From: Intoshia linei
Taxonomy: Eukaryota > Animalia > Orthonectida
DNA length: 64,000 nucleotides
NCBI GenBank assembly: GCA_001642005.1
Contig: LWCA01000026.1
Span: 14,254-78,253, forward strand
Direction of reading: 5' to 3'
This document shows, piece by piece, positions 24,845 to 38,141 of the stretch; within the stretch, counting starts at the first letter, position 1; each line of letters starts with the position of its first letter. The position numbers were made by a program, and so were the translations under genes. The notes beneath the pieces are model-generated. The model was not told the origin of the DNA. It made no database searches and saw nothing but the letters and a program-made list of their open reading frames with translations.

Positions 24845-27800
24845 TTATTTTTTAATTTTAGCAACTTCATTTTTCCATTCCAATGGGGTAAATGTTCGTG
24901 GAATCAACGTATGAATTTGTGGTAAATCACCCATAACAGCTTCGTGTACTAATCTAATTTAAGTATAATTTGAAACATATTTTGAAGGGATTAAAAAAGA
25001 GGTAAAATGTAGTATATAATGCCTTGGGCGTGTGTTTATAAAAGGACAAATAAGTGATTCCGTTTTTTGAATATTTAATGAGGTCTCACTAAACAGTGAA
25101 TCGCAGTAAATCTTAGTGAATCACAGTAAATAAATTAATTAATAAATAAAAAAATATAAGATGGATATAAAAATATGCATTCACTCAAACAGCCCATAAA
25201 TTCTAGAGCACCTCAATAAAATATAATTTTTCAATGCACTGGCAAATACTAAATGAAAATTTTCATTAAAATATTCACTGTGATTTGGAAAATCTCTTTG
25301 ATCAACTGTGATTCATTATTTAAGATTTTAGTTCATTCACTGTGATTTGGTAAATCTCTTTGGTCAACTGTGATTCACTGAAATTCACTGTGATTTACTA
25401 TTTAGTACCTGATTCACTGTGATTCACTATTTAGAAATTTTTTTACTGTGATTCACTGTTTAGTGTGACCGTATTTGTATTTAATGCATAATTAATCCTT
25501 ATATGTAAATTCAAAATTTAATCAACACATCTCAAAACTAAAAACTTATTAATCAAGAATCATCGAGTTTGGCAACCAATAATAAAAATTTTAAGCTACA
25601 AAATAAATTTAATATAATCTTAATAAGTTACTAAAAAAGTACAATCATGATTAGTTAATAATTAAATTTTAATCTAAAGTCATAATTTTACGCTAAAAAG
25701 TTAGTACGACTAGTACTAACCTCGCACTGTACGAGTTTGGTAATTACAAAAGTAGTATTTATGGTTACTGATTGAAATTTGATTATTTGGAAGGTTCAGA
25801 TTCTACATAATTATTAGTTTCATCGTTAATATATTAATAAATCAAAACGACATGAGCAAGTTTCTGAAGGATAAAAATTACCGATTCCTATTAATAATAC
25901 TTTCATCACAAAATACATTTGATACAATCAAGATATCCAGTTTTAGGCCACATTTATAATCATCCGTTACGTCCAATATTTCCTAAAGTTAATAAATATT
26001 GTAAATTATTTTTAAAGTCCAGAAAATATGGAATTAGTATTTTCACTATAATTTACTAAATGTAAATTACTAAATCTTTTACTTATGTAAAAATTAATGT
26101 CTGTGTGTTTGTGTGTAACAATATATTGAAAAAATTGACAGTGGCAGAATTTAAAAAAACTCAACTTCTAATACAGTTTTTCCCAAGGCGTGTTTTTATC
26201 TATTTTTCAGTTTCAGAAAATCATTAACATTTTCGTTAATCTAAGCCTCAAAAACGCATACCTTCATCGTCAAAAATACAAATTACCCTTTGTCTTAAAA
26301 ATGAAACATGTCCTAGAATTTTTTTAAACATAAATTCTGGGATAGTTTTTAAAATCATAAACACTATCATAAATGGAAACCTCAAAAAAATATATCATTA
26401 GGACCAAAACCCAAATTACCATTTTTTTTAATAAAAACAGCCCTAGAATTTAAAAAAAATTACAGATGGTACAGTTGTATCCTGTTAAGATACACAAAAA
26501 ATGTCAAATAATTAACGGTCCGAAAATTAAAAAAAAATAAGCACTGGACGTCTACACATTTCCAATAATTCAATATGGGTGAAAATTTATATAATTCATT
26601 CCTTCGGAATTTTTTTCATTGCTACACAATTTTTCAATCTCAAATTCTCATTTTTAAAACATTTTATTTAAAATTTAAATTAAAACTACAACAACAAAAC
26701 TAAAAGTAATACAACTTAGTTAATATCATTTTTATATTTATTCCAATGCTTTGCAATATTGGTAAAATTCATCTGATCTATGTTTCTAAAGTGCTGATTC
26801 CATTAATTATTGATACATGATTGGTATTTTTAATGATTTATTAAATTTGTACTAAATATTTATTATCATATTGAAAATAACAAAATACGTTTTTACAATT
26901 TTATTTTTTCTAGAATTTATGCTATTTATGACAATTTTAAGGATTGGACTGTTTTTACTTTATTTTTAATATTATACACATTCTGTCTAATAAATTAAAA
27001 AAATGGGATAACAATTTTTTTTAAAATTCTTTACGCAAATGTTAACAAACAAAAAATTAAGATGGAATAATATTCTTTAAAGTAAAAAGTAATGTGATAT
27101 GATGGTTCCACCTGCAACAAATTTGGGAACCACTTCTTTAAAGGATTGATAATAGTGACTAGTAGCATTTTTAGGTTAAATTTTCTTATTAAATTTATTT
27201 TTCTGGTAGAATAAAATGTCAGCCCTCGGATACTGTTTGTACGATGTACATAACAGTCAAGCTAGTATATAATAAAATCTTTACTTATGTAAAGCAGTGC
27301 CGAACGTACCGTACCGAGATCCCTCTTCGAGGTATCGACGAAATTTTTGTAAAATGTGTTTTTTCAAATAAACATTAAATAATTATATTCTTGAATATAT
27401 ATAATATATAACTATATAGACTAACTCTATAGAATATAACTATTTTGTATGTTAAATTTAAAATCGAGATACTAGGGTACATGACACTACGCATCGTTTG
27501 TTAACTTTTTTTAAGAGGACATTTTTAATTTTCGAGTGGCGTCGAAATTTGTAGGTTCGGCTGTGGTATAAACTTTACAGTAAAGTAAAAGTAGATAAAA
27601 ATGTATTTGTGTAACCATGTATTTAGAATATCAATGTTCCCAGAAATTTAAAAAACACAAAGTACAAGTTCGTTTTTCAAGACTAATGCAGTTTTATAAA
27701 CTATTACATGTGAAATGTGTATTTTTTAAATCAAAAACTCAAATTACTCATTTTTTGAATAATAAAAAAAGCGTAGTTAAAACTGCATTTTTCCAATTAA

Positions 27801-28039
27801 CACTATGCATTTTATATACTAATATATTTGCTAATAAATTTCAAATATTAGTACACGCAGTGTAACATGGAAAAATTTTAATCACCGAAAGTAATGTCTA
27901 ATGTTATGATAATTATGAAAATAAATGAATAAATTGGAAAAATTTCATAATTTGAATTCAATCATTTCAATAAAATAAAATTTACTAGCACCATAGGAGA
28001 AAAAACACTGCTAAGTTTACTATGCACCATTTTTTCCAT
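24845..28039 (-). CDS. BOLA2: BolA-like protein 2, paralog A
   Basis: Exons 28039-27986, 25982-25882, 24953-24845 (same 101- and 109-nt exons as paralog B): MEKMVHSKLSSVFSPMVL/EILDVTDDYKCGLKLDILIVSNVFCDESIINRNR/LVHEAVMGDLPQIHTLIPRTFTPLEWKNEVAKIKK*. Confidence 0.85.
25082..25470. mobile_element. MITE with ~28-bp TIRs and subterminal CACTGTGATT repeats, in a BolA intron
   Basis: GGTCTCACTAAACAGTGAATCGCAGTAAA / TTTACTGTGATTCACTGTTTAGTGTGACC; multiple CTGTGATT copies in 25276-25460. Confidence 0.75.
26075..27265 (+). mobile_element. Apparently complete non-autonomous Helitron (~1.2 kb), in a BolA intron
   Basis: A|TC 5' end followed by a TG-rich tract; internal subrepeats; 3' hairpin CTGTTTGTAC-GAT-GTACATAACAG followed by CTAG|T; no TSD. 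Confidence 0.85.
27296..27565. mobile_element. MITE of a CAG.G.CGAACCTAC-TIR family (other copies at ~28482-28745 and 47716-47959)
   Basis: CAGTGCCGAACGTAC..GTAGGTTCGGCTGTG inverted ends; internal similarity among the three copies. Confidence 0.65.
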
Positions 28040-28193
28040 TTCTTTATCAACAAATGTATATTGTAACTGACTGTTATAGATACGAAATATAATTTAAACG
28101 TTACTATAATGATTAAATATTTAAAAATTCAAGAAAATTTTATAAATTGATTCATTTATGAATTACAACCCAAACAATTTAAATAATATAAAC

Positions 28194-31100
28194 ATGGAAC
28201 AACATGACATTGGAAATACCAAGCCTATGGTTATTGAAAATATGAACAAGCCATTCAACGAAAATCAACTCACAAAGTATCCGAATCAACCAATTATTCC
28301 TCAGAATGTTACGAATCCGGTTTTTAATTAATTATCAATCATACATATTAATTTTTTCAATGTATCAATTATTATTCTATAATACATGTATCATTTTAAA
28401 TACAAAGTTTCATATATATTTATAATTTATAAATTTTTTAACTTGCATTTATTAGTTAATTTGTTATACTGCGTGCCACGACACAAAAGCAGAACTTATT
28501 CACCCCGAGGTCACCCGAAAAATAAAAATAGCCTCCTAAAATTTTGAGAAACGATGCGTAATGTCTATAACTCTAACCATTTCTCTAAGACTATTGACTT
28601 ACATTTTAAATTTAACTCACAAAATATTTATGAAATTCAAGAATATAATTTTTTCAATGCACAATTAAGAAAAATGAAGCCCCATTTGTCAAAAATTTCA
28701 TTGACGTCCCTATAACAAGATCTTGTATGGTAGGTTCGACTCTGCACGACAGGGCAGTGTCAGTTGACTTGTATATTTTTTTATGAGAAACATTATCCAC
28801 GTAATCCTCAATTATGTATACTTGTTAATTCAGATGGATGCCACTTTAAAATTATTGATTCAATTTTCGATTTAGAAGTTTATCAATAATTATGGAACAA
28901 TTGTTGGACAATTGAAGGGAAATGGAGTACCCCAATATCCTATTCAAGGAATGAATCAAATGAATTATCAAGTTCCAAGTCAAAACGTATACATGGCACA
29001 GAATCACATGCAAATACCAAATCCTAATGTTCAACTTCCTCCAATGAATATTAATCATCAGATGCCTTCAAATGTCAATGTAAATCAAAATGTTAGGTTT
29101 ATGCAGCCGAATATGCATGTTCAAAACAATAGAACACTTCCAGTTGTGGCGAATAAAAGTTATTCGATGCCAGCAAGAGACAAAACATTAAGTTTGATTA
29201 ATTTAGATTACATTAATTTTAATTTTATAGAAGAGAGGCCTAATCAAAATGGAACTTTTACACCAGAGACTAAGAAAAGGATTGATCGTAATATAGATGC
29301 AAAAAAAAGAAAAGTTATAGATAAAACTATACCTAAAATGGTAATGATTTGATTTGGATTCATTAATCCTTACCGTATAAAGTAATTTAGCTAAAAACGC
29401 ATGTCTGTTTGTTTGTAACCGTTTAAGAAAGTGAGATGTGTAGAATTTTAAAAATTCCAATTTCTGGTACAGTTTTTCGAGGGTAAGGTTTTATTTTTAA
29501 AAATTCAGTCCTTAAGCCTTCGACTTATTTACTAAAAATTTTGAATATTTTTAAAAAAAATAATGAAAACAAACATTTAAAATTAAATTTTAATTTTAAA
29601 TATAGTTTTTGATTGTGAATGCAAATTTGCCTCGTTTTAATATATTGTCAAAATTTGCATTGTTTTAATTTATTATCGAAATTTTTAATGGAAATTTGGA
29701 TTCATATTGACTGAAGGATTAAGGGTCAAAAACCCAATTTATGCTTTTTTTAAAAATCAAATGAGTCTTCAAATTTAAAACAATATACGATCTAATACAT
29801 TTTAAAATATGAACGTTATATTAAATTTAAATTTTAAAAACTTAAGTCTTGATGGCCCAAACCTAAATTACCTGATATGTATAAAAATATATATTCTGAT
29901 ATTGATTTTAAAATCATGAAACTTATCATAAATTTTAAATTTGAAAACTTATATCTTCACAGTAACAACCCAAAATTAAAAATATAATTAATAATTAAAG
30001 TATATACCATGATGAAAACAAAATTTTCAATTTTAGGGGTCCATGACATCTATTACTTTGGGAAGCACAGTTTTAGATTGTTTACTTAACAATTTTTAAA
30101 TTGTAATAATTTACTATCGCACATGCTGTTGCGATACATCATTATGTATGTATCATCATTTATTTTTTAGTTTACATGTTAATAGAACTGGGTGGGTCAA
30201 CAAAATTTTGGTAAAATGACAATTAGAAAAAAATATATTTCTGAATATTATAACTATTTTGTTTATTCCATAAGTTTCATTTCAGGAGTGACCTCGAGCT
30301 TTGTAGTTTCGGCTATGGTTAATGTAACTAAAAAGTTGCTAAAAAGATTAAATTCAGTGATTTCACACACACAAATGTCAACTCTAAAAACAATCAAGGA
30401 CAGTCATGTAGTTTCAAAATAACCAAAATTTTTTAATTACAAAAAGTTACTTAGAATGTATTATATATTTATATATTAACATGTACCTTGGGAAGAGCCA
30501 AACATACTCTGTCGAGACTCCCAGAAAATTAAAAATAGATTCCTAAAATAATTTTCGTAAACCATTTACAATTCCATATATCCACTGACCATCTTCACTG
30601 GTCTGGAGTCCAGGCTAAACAATTTAATTTTGATAGTTATCATATTGAAAAATATTACCAAAATTTTCGGCGTTGTACAATTTTAGATGTGAATCCCCGC
30701 GTTCATATTCGCATATTAATTTTATAAATTTGGTTTTATTTCACTTAATTTTTATATTTTTGCGAAAATTAAGTTTTTTAAAACTTATTACTATTTTAAT
30801 TCTGTAATAATCGGAATCGTTTCAACTGAATTATATACATTTTTTTAATGATTTTAATTTCTAGATCAAAATTTTGGTACCAGAAGTAAATGCTTTTGAA
30901 ACTCTGTTGGAATATGAGAAAAAATTGGATTTAACCATGAATTTAAAAAAATTGGACCTACAAGAGGCATTAAAGCGACCCGAGACTACTAGAGAAAAAA
31001 AGACCCTAAGATTATACATTTCAACTACATACTACCCACCAGGAAAATCTGATTCAGAAATTGCAAACATTGGTTCTTGGGATTTAAAAATTGAAGGACG

Positions 31101-31992
31101 TTTATTAAACGAAGACAAAAAAAATCATAAAAAATTTTCAAATTACTTTAAATCACTTGTTATTGAATTGGATAGAAATCAATATGGACCGGACAATCAT
31201 TTAGTTGAATGGCACAAATCTGTAAACAGTGGAGAAACGGATGGTTTCCAAGTAAAAAGGATGGGAGATCAAGATGTAAAAGTGACGATACTGTTAATGT
31301 TAGATTACCGGCCGCTAAGATTTAAATTGGACGTAATACTATCTAAATTACTTGGAATTCATACAGACACTATGGCTAATATAATCAATGCTCTCTGGAT
31401 TTACATAAAAAATCACAAATTGCAAGACCCTGTTGATAGATGGTATATAAACCTGGATTGTTACCTCCAACGTATTTTTGAAGTTCCGAGAATTCAATTT
31501 TCTGATATACCACAATTACTCAAAATACACTGTCATCCTCCGGAACCAATAGTTGTAAATTACGTCATTCAACCAGATGCCCAAAATTCTCAAAAATGTG
31601 TTTCCTATGATGTTCAAGTAGAAACAAATAGTGATTTAAAAGATTTAATAAACAAATTTCTCGCATCATTTGAAAAAAATGACCAACTTTCTAATATGAA
31701 TGTTAAAATTTATGATATTATTGAAAATTTGAATAAATTGAGCGTTAGTAGAGAGTTTTATGTTCAATTTGCAAATGATCCTCAACTGTTCATTTACAAT
31801 TGGATTCAATCTCAAGCTAAAGATTATAAAATTATGACTGAAAATCTTACCAACCCTGAAGAACAACGTTATTCTAAATTTTACAATAAGCCCTGGATCA
31901 ACGAGGCTGTTTCCCGGTATATTTATTCTCAATTACAATATAAGCGTATGGAAGTTGAAAATATTCTCTCTAATCGTAAAACTAATAATTAA
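28194..31992 (+). CDS. SMARCD1: SWI/SNF complex subunit BAF60/SMARCD (SWIB domain)
   Basis: Exons 28194-28319, 28876-29340 (possible in-frame 39-nt intron at 29192-29230), 30865-31992. Motifs LLEYEKKLD, WDLKIEGRLL, YGPDNHLVEWH, ETDGFQVKR, LWIYIKNHKLQDP, NPEEQRYSKFY. Confidence 0.95.
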
Positions 31993-32281
31993 ATGTATTT
32001 TTTCTAGTGTATTTATTTGTATTTCAAGGGTTGGTGTTTGAATTTTTGTTTTTGTAGCTACAAACAATAAATATCATTAATAATGGAGTGTATGTTTTAG
32101 TGTTATATTTGTTTCAATTAAGGCAATTTCTAGGTCAAAATCAAATCTACTAATATTGATATTCTCTCTAAGCATGAAACAATAAAAGTGACAATTTTTA
32201 AACATTTTTAATCAATTAGTATTGTAGTTTTGATTTGCATATATCGAATCGAAAATTATTTTTTTAAATTTTAAAAATAAT

Positions 32282-34155
32282 ATGAAGAAAAGAGAAATTA
32301 TCAAGGTTTATTTCAATTCGTTTGAGTTAATCCTTTCAAATTATGATTTTAAGTTAATTGACTGTAGATACCAGAAAGAGAGAGATGGTGGAGATGCTTG
32401 ATTAAAAATACACCGGACCCAGGGCATTATAAAGTGAAATCAAACTTGGATTTGCTCGAGAGCCAAAGTGCTTCATGTGCTTTTAAATCTTCAAGTAGAT
32501 TGAAGAATTTTGCAGATATTAACACGAAAAAAGGACAATATTTACTTCCTGGGGCGTATAGTGTTGATTCATTTGTTGATAAGTAATTATGATTGTCATT
32601 GTTGATTTGATTATAAATTTAAATTTTTTTGCTATAAATGTGTACCTGTAGTTGTACCTCATTTTTTTGATGAATTAATTGTATTGTTATACCACATAAA
32701 TGAGCGTGTCAATTTTTATTTCATTTATTTTAATTTCGAAGGATTCAAATTGGAAAACCCAGCAGCAGTTTTACAAGCATAGCTAGAGAGAAAATTGATA
32801 AAAAACGCAAGATTAAAAAAATCGTTGAATTAGCGGTATAAATATAAAATATTCATGTCACTGCAAAAAGATGATCATGGTTCATTAAACAATGTTTAAT
32901 CGTAAATCTTTAAAATGGTGTTATTTATATTTTCCTTTTGCATGCCTTGGTACACCTGTTAAAATCATATTTCCAAAATTATAATGATGAAACGTACATT
33001 CAGTGTCCTTAATTTTATTAAACATTAATAAGCCACTTAGTTTTAGATGTCTGTTCAGTTACTGAGTATTTCAATTATTTTTTTTAATTTTTGAACAGTT
33101 TACGTTTTTATTAACAGACTTGTGAAATACTCATTTCTCTAAGTTCAGTTTTTCTAGTCTGCAAAATAGAATATGATTTTGTTTTTGTATATTATGTTAA
33201 TTAGTATGGGTTTTTATTTTGATTTGAAATATCCAGTTACTGGTATAAGTAAAGTAATAATACAAATACCTTTTTATTGTATGTCTTGATATATACAAAA
33301 ACACTTTAGGAAAAAAAAACGCCTCTTATTGTGGATAGACAACAAAAACTGTAAATTGGTCGAAATTTTAATATAGTATTTTTTTAGAAGTTGGTATTTA
33401 AAATCGAAAATAATTAGACTTCCTTCAAAAGAATTTCTACCGGTAATTTCAGTTTTTTCACATATCAACTATCACCATGGTTCACTGTATATTTAAACTA
33501 GAAAGCTGGACCGGCACCAGGATTATATGAAGTACATTTAAGTAAAATTGTACCAATTAAATCTAGCTTCGTATCAAAAACAGAAAGATTTAAAGTCGCC
33601 AAGAATGTGGTATGTCTACAATTTATGCATACAGCAGTGTCCCAAGTTGGGGAATAATCGATAGGGACTCCCAACATATCGAGTAACATGTACAGTGCAT
33701 ATTGTGCACCATTTATCAAAAGCTTGGATTAAAAAGTTACATTCTTGCGTTATAAGCCTTTAATGCAGAGTCAACAAAGTGGTCCATATAGAGCCCTAGG
33801 GTTGAAAATTTTTAAGATTATTGAGGTATGTTTCGGAATCCCAAATTGTGCACCACACAAATTTTTAACATTATTCTTTTCAGTGTAATGTTTAACGTTT
33901 ATTTAATGAAATTTTCAAATTACTTACTGTATTATTTTTTAGTGGTTCACGGGAATTTTATATTGCAAATTGGAAAAATTTGTTAAAACTTTTGGCGACT
34001 CCGCTCTAATACACTATATTTAATAAAAATTTAATCAATTATCCTAGAAAACACCGGGTCCAGGAACGTATGATAAAATTGTTCAATATCCATTCATAAA
34101 AAACTTGAAAAAAATGTCTGAAAAATATGGTGTATTTTATGAAAGCGGAATATGA
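32282..34155 (+). CDS. STPG4: SHIPPO/PG-repeat protein, STPG4 (C2orf61)-like
   Basis: Exons 32282-32305, 32368-32582, 32742-32836, 33310-33350, 33388-33442, 33502-33609, 34048-34155. ERERWWR..TPDPGHY, LPGAY, GPAPGLY and KTPGPGTY occur in the order known for STPG4. Confidence 0.75.
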
Positions 34156-34377
34156 ACTCTAGTATACATTTAGACTAAATTTTAGTACACAGTAGTGTTA
34201 TTACATGTATTAAATTTGAATGTTAAATTTAAAAATAAAATTTTTTTTAAATATTGTTGAATCTCAAAATAATGAAATGGCATCGATGTGCAAAATGGCT
34301 TTTTCTAATAAATTTATAATAATCAATAAATAAATCGGAATATATAGATAAAATGTTCTCATTATACATGTAATGAT

Positions 34378-35322
34378 TCTTACTTATATAATATGCTTTG
34401 TTTGTGTAAGTGTGTGTGTTATCGTTTATTTCAATAACTACCAGTCTTAAAATTTTATAAAGTCCACATTTCAATTAAAGTTTTTTCCAGAGGTGTTAGC
34501 AAAATAATAACAAAATTTTAAGCTTTTAAACTCATCTTATGGGTCAAAAATCCCAATTGTCCTTTTTTTTGAAAATCAAACGAGTTTGACAAATTTAAAA
34601 AAATATATACTCTGATACAGATTTTAAAATGATAAATATTAACATAAATTTAAATTTAAACAAAATATATCTTCAGGGTGAAAACCCCAAATTACCCTTT
34701 TTTTAATGAAAACAGCCCTACAATTTAAAAAAATTTACAGGTCATACAGTTGTATCCTGTTAACACACACAAATAATTTCAATCTGAATAAGTAACGTCT
34801 TCACGGTCAAAAAAGCATTTTAGTATTGATATATTTTTTATCAAAACAAAAAATGTGAAATAATCTTTAGATCTTTAAATCTTTAGAAAATCAATTGAAA
34901 TGGGTTAAATTTATAATTTTCCTACTTGGAGGGTTAGTTTCGCCATACCCACGATATACAATGTACATATAATTTTATTTAATCCTGACATTGAGTTTAT
35001 ATTTAAATTATCAACTTTATACAAGTGTAATAAATATAGTACATACAAACATTGATAAAATAAGTTTAATATTTTACTACTACTATTAATTGTGTAAATA
35101 CTACCATATTCAGTACTATGTATGAATACTTCTCATTTTATAACTGATATATAGTTGTGGACAATAAAAAATGAAAATGTGTATAACGTAAGTTTTTATT
35201 CATTATTGATACAATATATTAAAATTTTGTGTTTATTAAAAAATTTAAATGTTTTATTTAACAATTACAATGTTTATAACTACACAATTTTTCCATCTCA
35301 AATTCTCATTTTCAAAACATTT
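34378..35322 (+). mobile_element. Helitron fragments preceding the Gypsy remnant
   Basis: TCTTACTTATATAA..TGTGTGTG start and subrepeats matching the 26075 family; no 3' CTAG end. Confidence 0.6.
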
Positions 35323-35330
35323 TGAATAAT

Positions 35331-37123
35331 ACCCACGCCAGTAAAATGCTAAATAAGCACCAGCGAAATTATGGCGTTGTGGATAAGGAGGAATTGGCCA
35401 TTGTTTGGTCGGTGAAAAAGTTTCACAAGTATTTATATGGAAGGAAGTTCTTTATAATTACAGATCATAATACTTTGGTCAGGCTTCGTACGTCGGAAAA
35501 GTTAACGGGAATAAAGTTAAGTTGGATCCAAGTGCTTGAAATGTATGACTATGAGATTATCTATAGACCGGGTGTATTGAATGGGTCTGCGGATGCGCTG
35601 TCTCGGCAGTTCGCAATACTGTCGGAGAATGATAACTTCCGGGTTAAGGAAAGTCAGAGATTGGACGCAAATTGTCGAATGGCGATTCAAAGATGTTTAA
35701 ATGGTCGCAGAATGTTGTCTGAGGCAGAGTATGGTCTATATTGGATAATAAGAAATCGCTTATCGATTCGAGATGATTCGTTGGTCTATACTAGAGAGTC
35801 CAGTTTTCTAGTAATAATGCCGGTAGCTAAACGAAGAGATGTCATGAGTAAATACCACGAGGTTTTCGGTGGATCTCATGTGGGAATAACTAAATTGGTC
35901 GATGTCATTCGACTAAGTTATTTCTGGCCAGGTATAGTCATAGATATTGTTGATTTCGTATGTCATTGTGATCGATGTTGGCGGGGCAAGGACGGGAAAC
36001 GTAGACATTTGACGGAATTGAGACCGCTGGAATGTAATAAGATAAATGAGGTTTGGCAAATAGATTTTGCAGGCCCTTTGGTCGAATGAAACCAGAGTAA
36101 TAAGTATTTACTTGTAATGGTGAATCATTTTAATAAATGGCCGGAAGTTTTTCCTGTGTCGGATATGTCTGCGAGAATGACGTGTAAAGTAATATTTGAA
36201 CAGCTAATTCCACGATTTGGTGTTCCGATGAGAATTCATACGGATCAGGGCTCTCAGTTTGAGTCGCAAATGGTGAGGGATTTATGTGCCCGTTGTCAAA
36301 TCGTGAAGACAGAGACTCGTAGTTACCACCACGAATGACTCGGGGCTGTTGAGAAATTGAATAGAACGATAAAGAATCTCTTAATGACACACCTTCAACG
36401 TCGTTTTGATCGTAACTGGGAGGAAAAGTTACCAGAGGTATTGTTCGCTATTCGCAACACGGTTTCGGCGGTTACTAATAAAAGTCCGGCCAAAATGGTT
36501 TATGGGAAGAATCTAGATTTACCGTGGGATGACAATAGGACTGGGGTGGTAGTGAATGACCAGGAGCTGAGGAACGTGGGTAAATATTACCGGGCTACTA
36601 TGTCGAAAAATTACGACAAGACAGTTCCAAAACGGCAGGCTGTAGAAGCGGGAAACTATCGGAATAATGACCCTGTACTGGGAAAATTGGATCAACGAAA
36701 GCGGAAGGTGTTGGAAGGGAAGAATGATAATATTGGCGGGTCGGAGCCAATAGATACTACTGGAAAGTTTTGCTATTATCGCGGAGAAATAGCGGCGATT
36801 TTATGATCGAATGCGATCGATGTAGAAAATGGTTCCAGAGTCAATGTGTTTAATTGACTAAAACCGAAGCAGACAAATTGGATACTTTCTGTTGTAAGTA
36901 TTGCGTAAGGCAAAATGGAGCCAGGTGTCGAAGATTACCTTCGAGGTTTAATGATTATGTTTTGAATCTTAAATCTCGCAGGGTAAATAGCAAAAAGATA
37001 GATTGCGAACAATCTGCCGGCCAAACACAAAGGATTTGTGATAAATGTGAAGAGGGCACTGAGGAGGTGGACAATTTATGGTGCGAAATTTGTGAAAAAA
37101 TGTGTACCCTTTTTGAATTTTAA
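35331..37123 (+). mobile_element. Ty3/Gypsy pol remnant: RNase H, integrase and a C-terminal PHD finger
   Basis: RNYGVVDKEELAIVW..FHKYLYGRKFFIITDH (RNase H); H..GGSHVG..YFWPG..CDRC (zinc-binding domain); WQIDFAGP, IHTDQGSQFES and E.LNRT (DDE core); then MIECDRCRKWF..CV..FCCKYC. Several stops; higher GC than flanks. Confidence 0.92.
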
Positions 37124-38141
37124 GGTTTTCGCGTGCTTTTTCCCCTTTTTCTTGATTGGCATCATTTTTTTTAAAAGATGGATATGATTAATGTATGACC
37201 CACTAAGACATATACCAAATTTGGACTGACAAAAATTTAATATTTAATTTCAAAGGGTGTTTTTTCCTTAAAAAGTGATTTTTGTAATATTGGTCAAATT
37301 TAAAAATACTAACATTTATAATAACCAAAAATTTATTTCAAATATGAAAATCTGAGTTTCCCATGTTGAAATTCAGTTATTTACGTTTTAAACACATTTT
37401 AATGAAAAAAAGTAATATGAACTCTCTAGAAGCCGAGCTAAAAAATTGAACTGTGTTTGTTCTAATCAATTAATTTATGTATGACGATATGTAAAATGTT
37501 ATGCAGATTCGAGGCAATCGAGTGTAGTTTTTTTTATATTATAAGTTTCTTCATTTTAATTAATTAAAATTAGGAAAAAAAATAAAAATACTTTATCTTG
37601 AAAAAATTACGATAAATCATGGAAACAATAGTTTTTAAAATTTTAAAATAAAAGCAGAGCTAGGTGCTGTTTGTACGTAGTACAAAACTGCCAAGCTAGT
37701 GTAAATATAATATAAGTAAATTATTCATTCATGATTCATGAATATTCATTACCATTGTATTGATCAAGAATTGATATTGTAAATTTAAAACGTATTCTGA
37801 TTGATATAGGACTACAAAATATCCAGATAAACTAAAATAAACAAAATTTAAACATTTTGACGCACATGCATATATGTATTGATTCGCATTTGTTATTGCA
37901 CTAAAAAACCAAGACATGATAACACAATTAAAAATGACTGCAATTTGAACTAAGTAAATGTATTACACTAGCAGGATAACTCGTTAATAACGAGTCAAAA
38001 ACAACAAAAAATGCTCTATCAATAATCCATGACGTCTTACATACAAAAATGCGCATAATTGTTGATAAGAAACGTCAAGTTTACGTAAAAATTAGAAATT
38101 GATTTTGCATACAAGAATTTGAAATTTTGAAAAATATAAAA

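Noticed and set aside
25276-25460. Short repeats superficially like a CRISPR or iteron array
   Set aside because: Irregular spacing, inside a TIR element, in a eukaryotic intron.
6674-36853. Stop-codon reassignment suggested by in-frame stops in TE ORFs
   Set aside because: Host genes end normally in TAA, TAG and TGA; the stops co-occur with frameshifts in decayed TEs.
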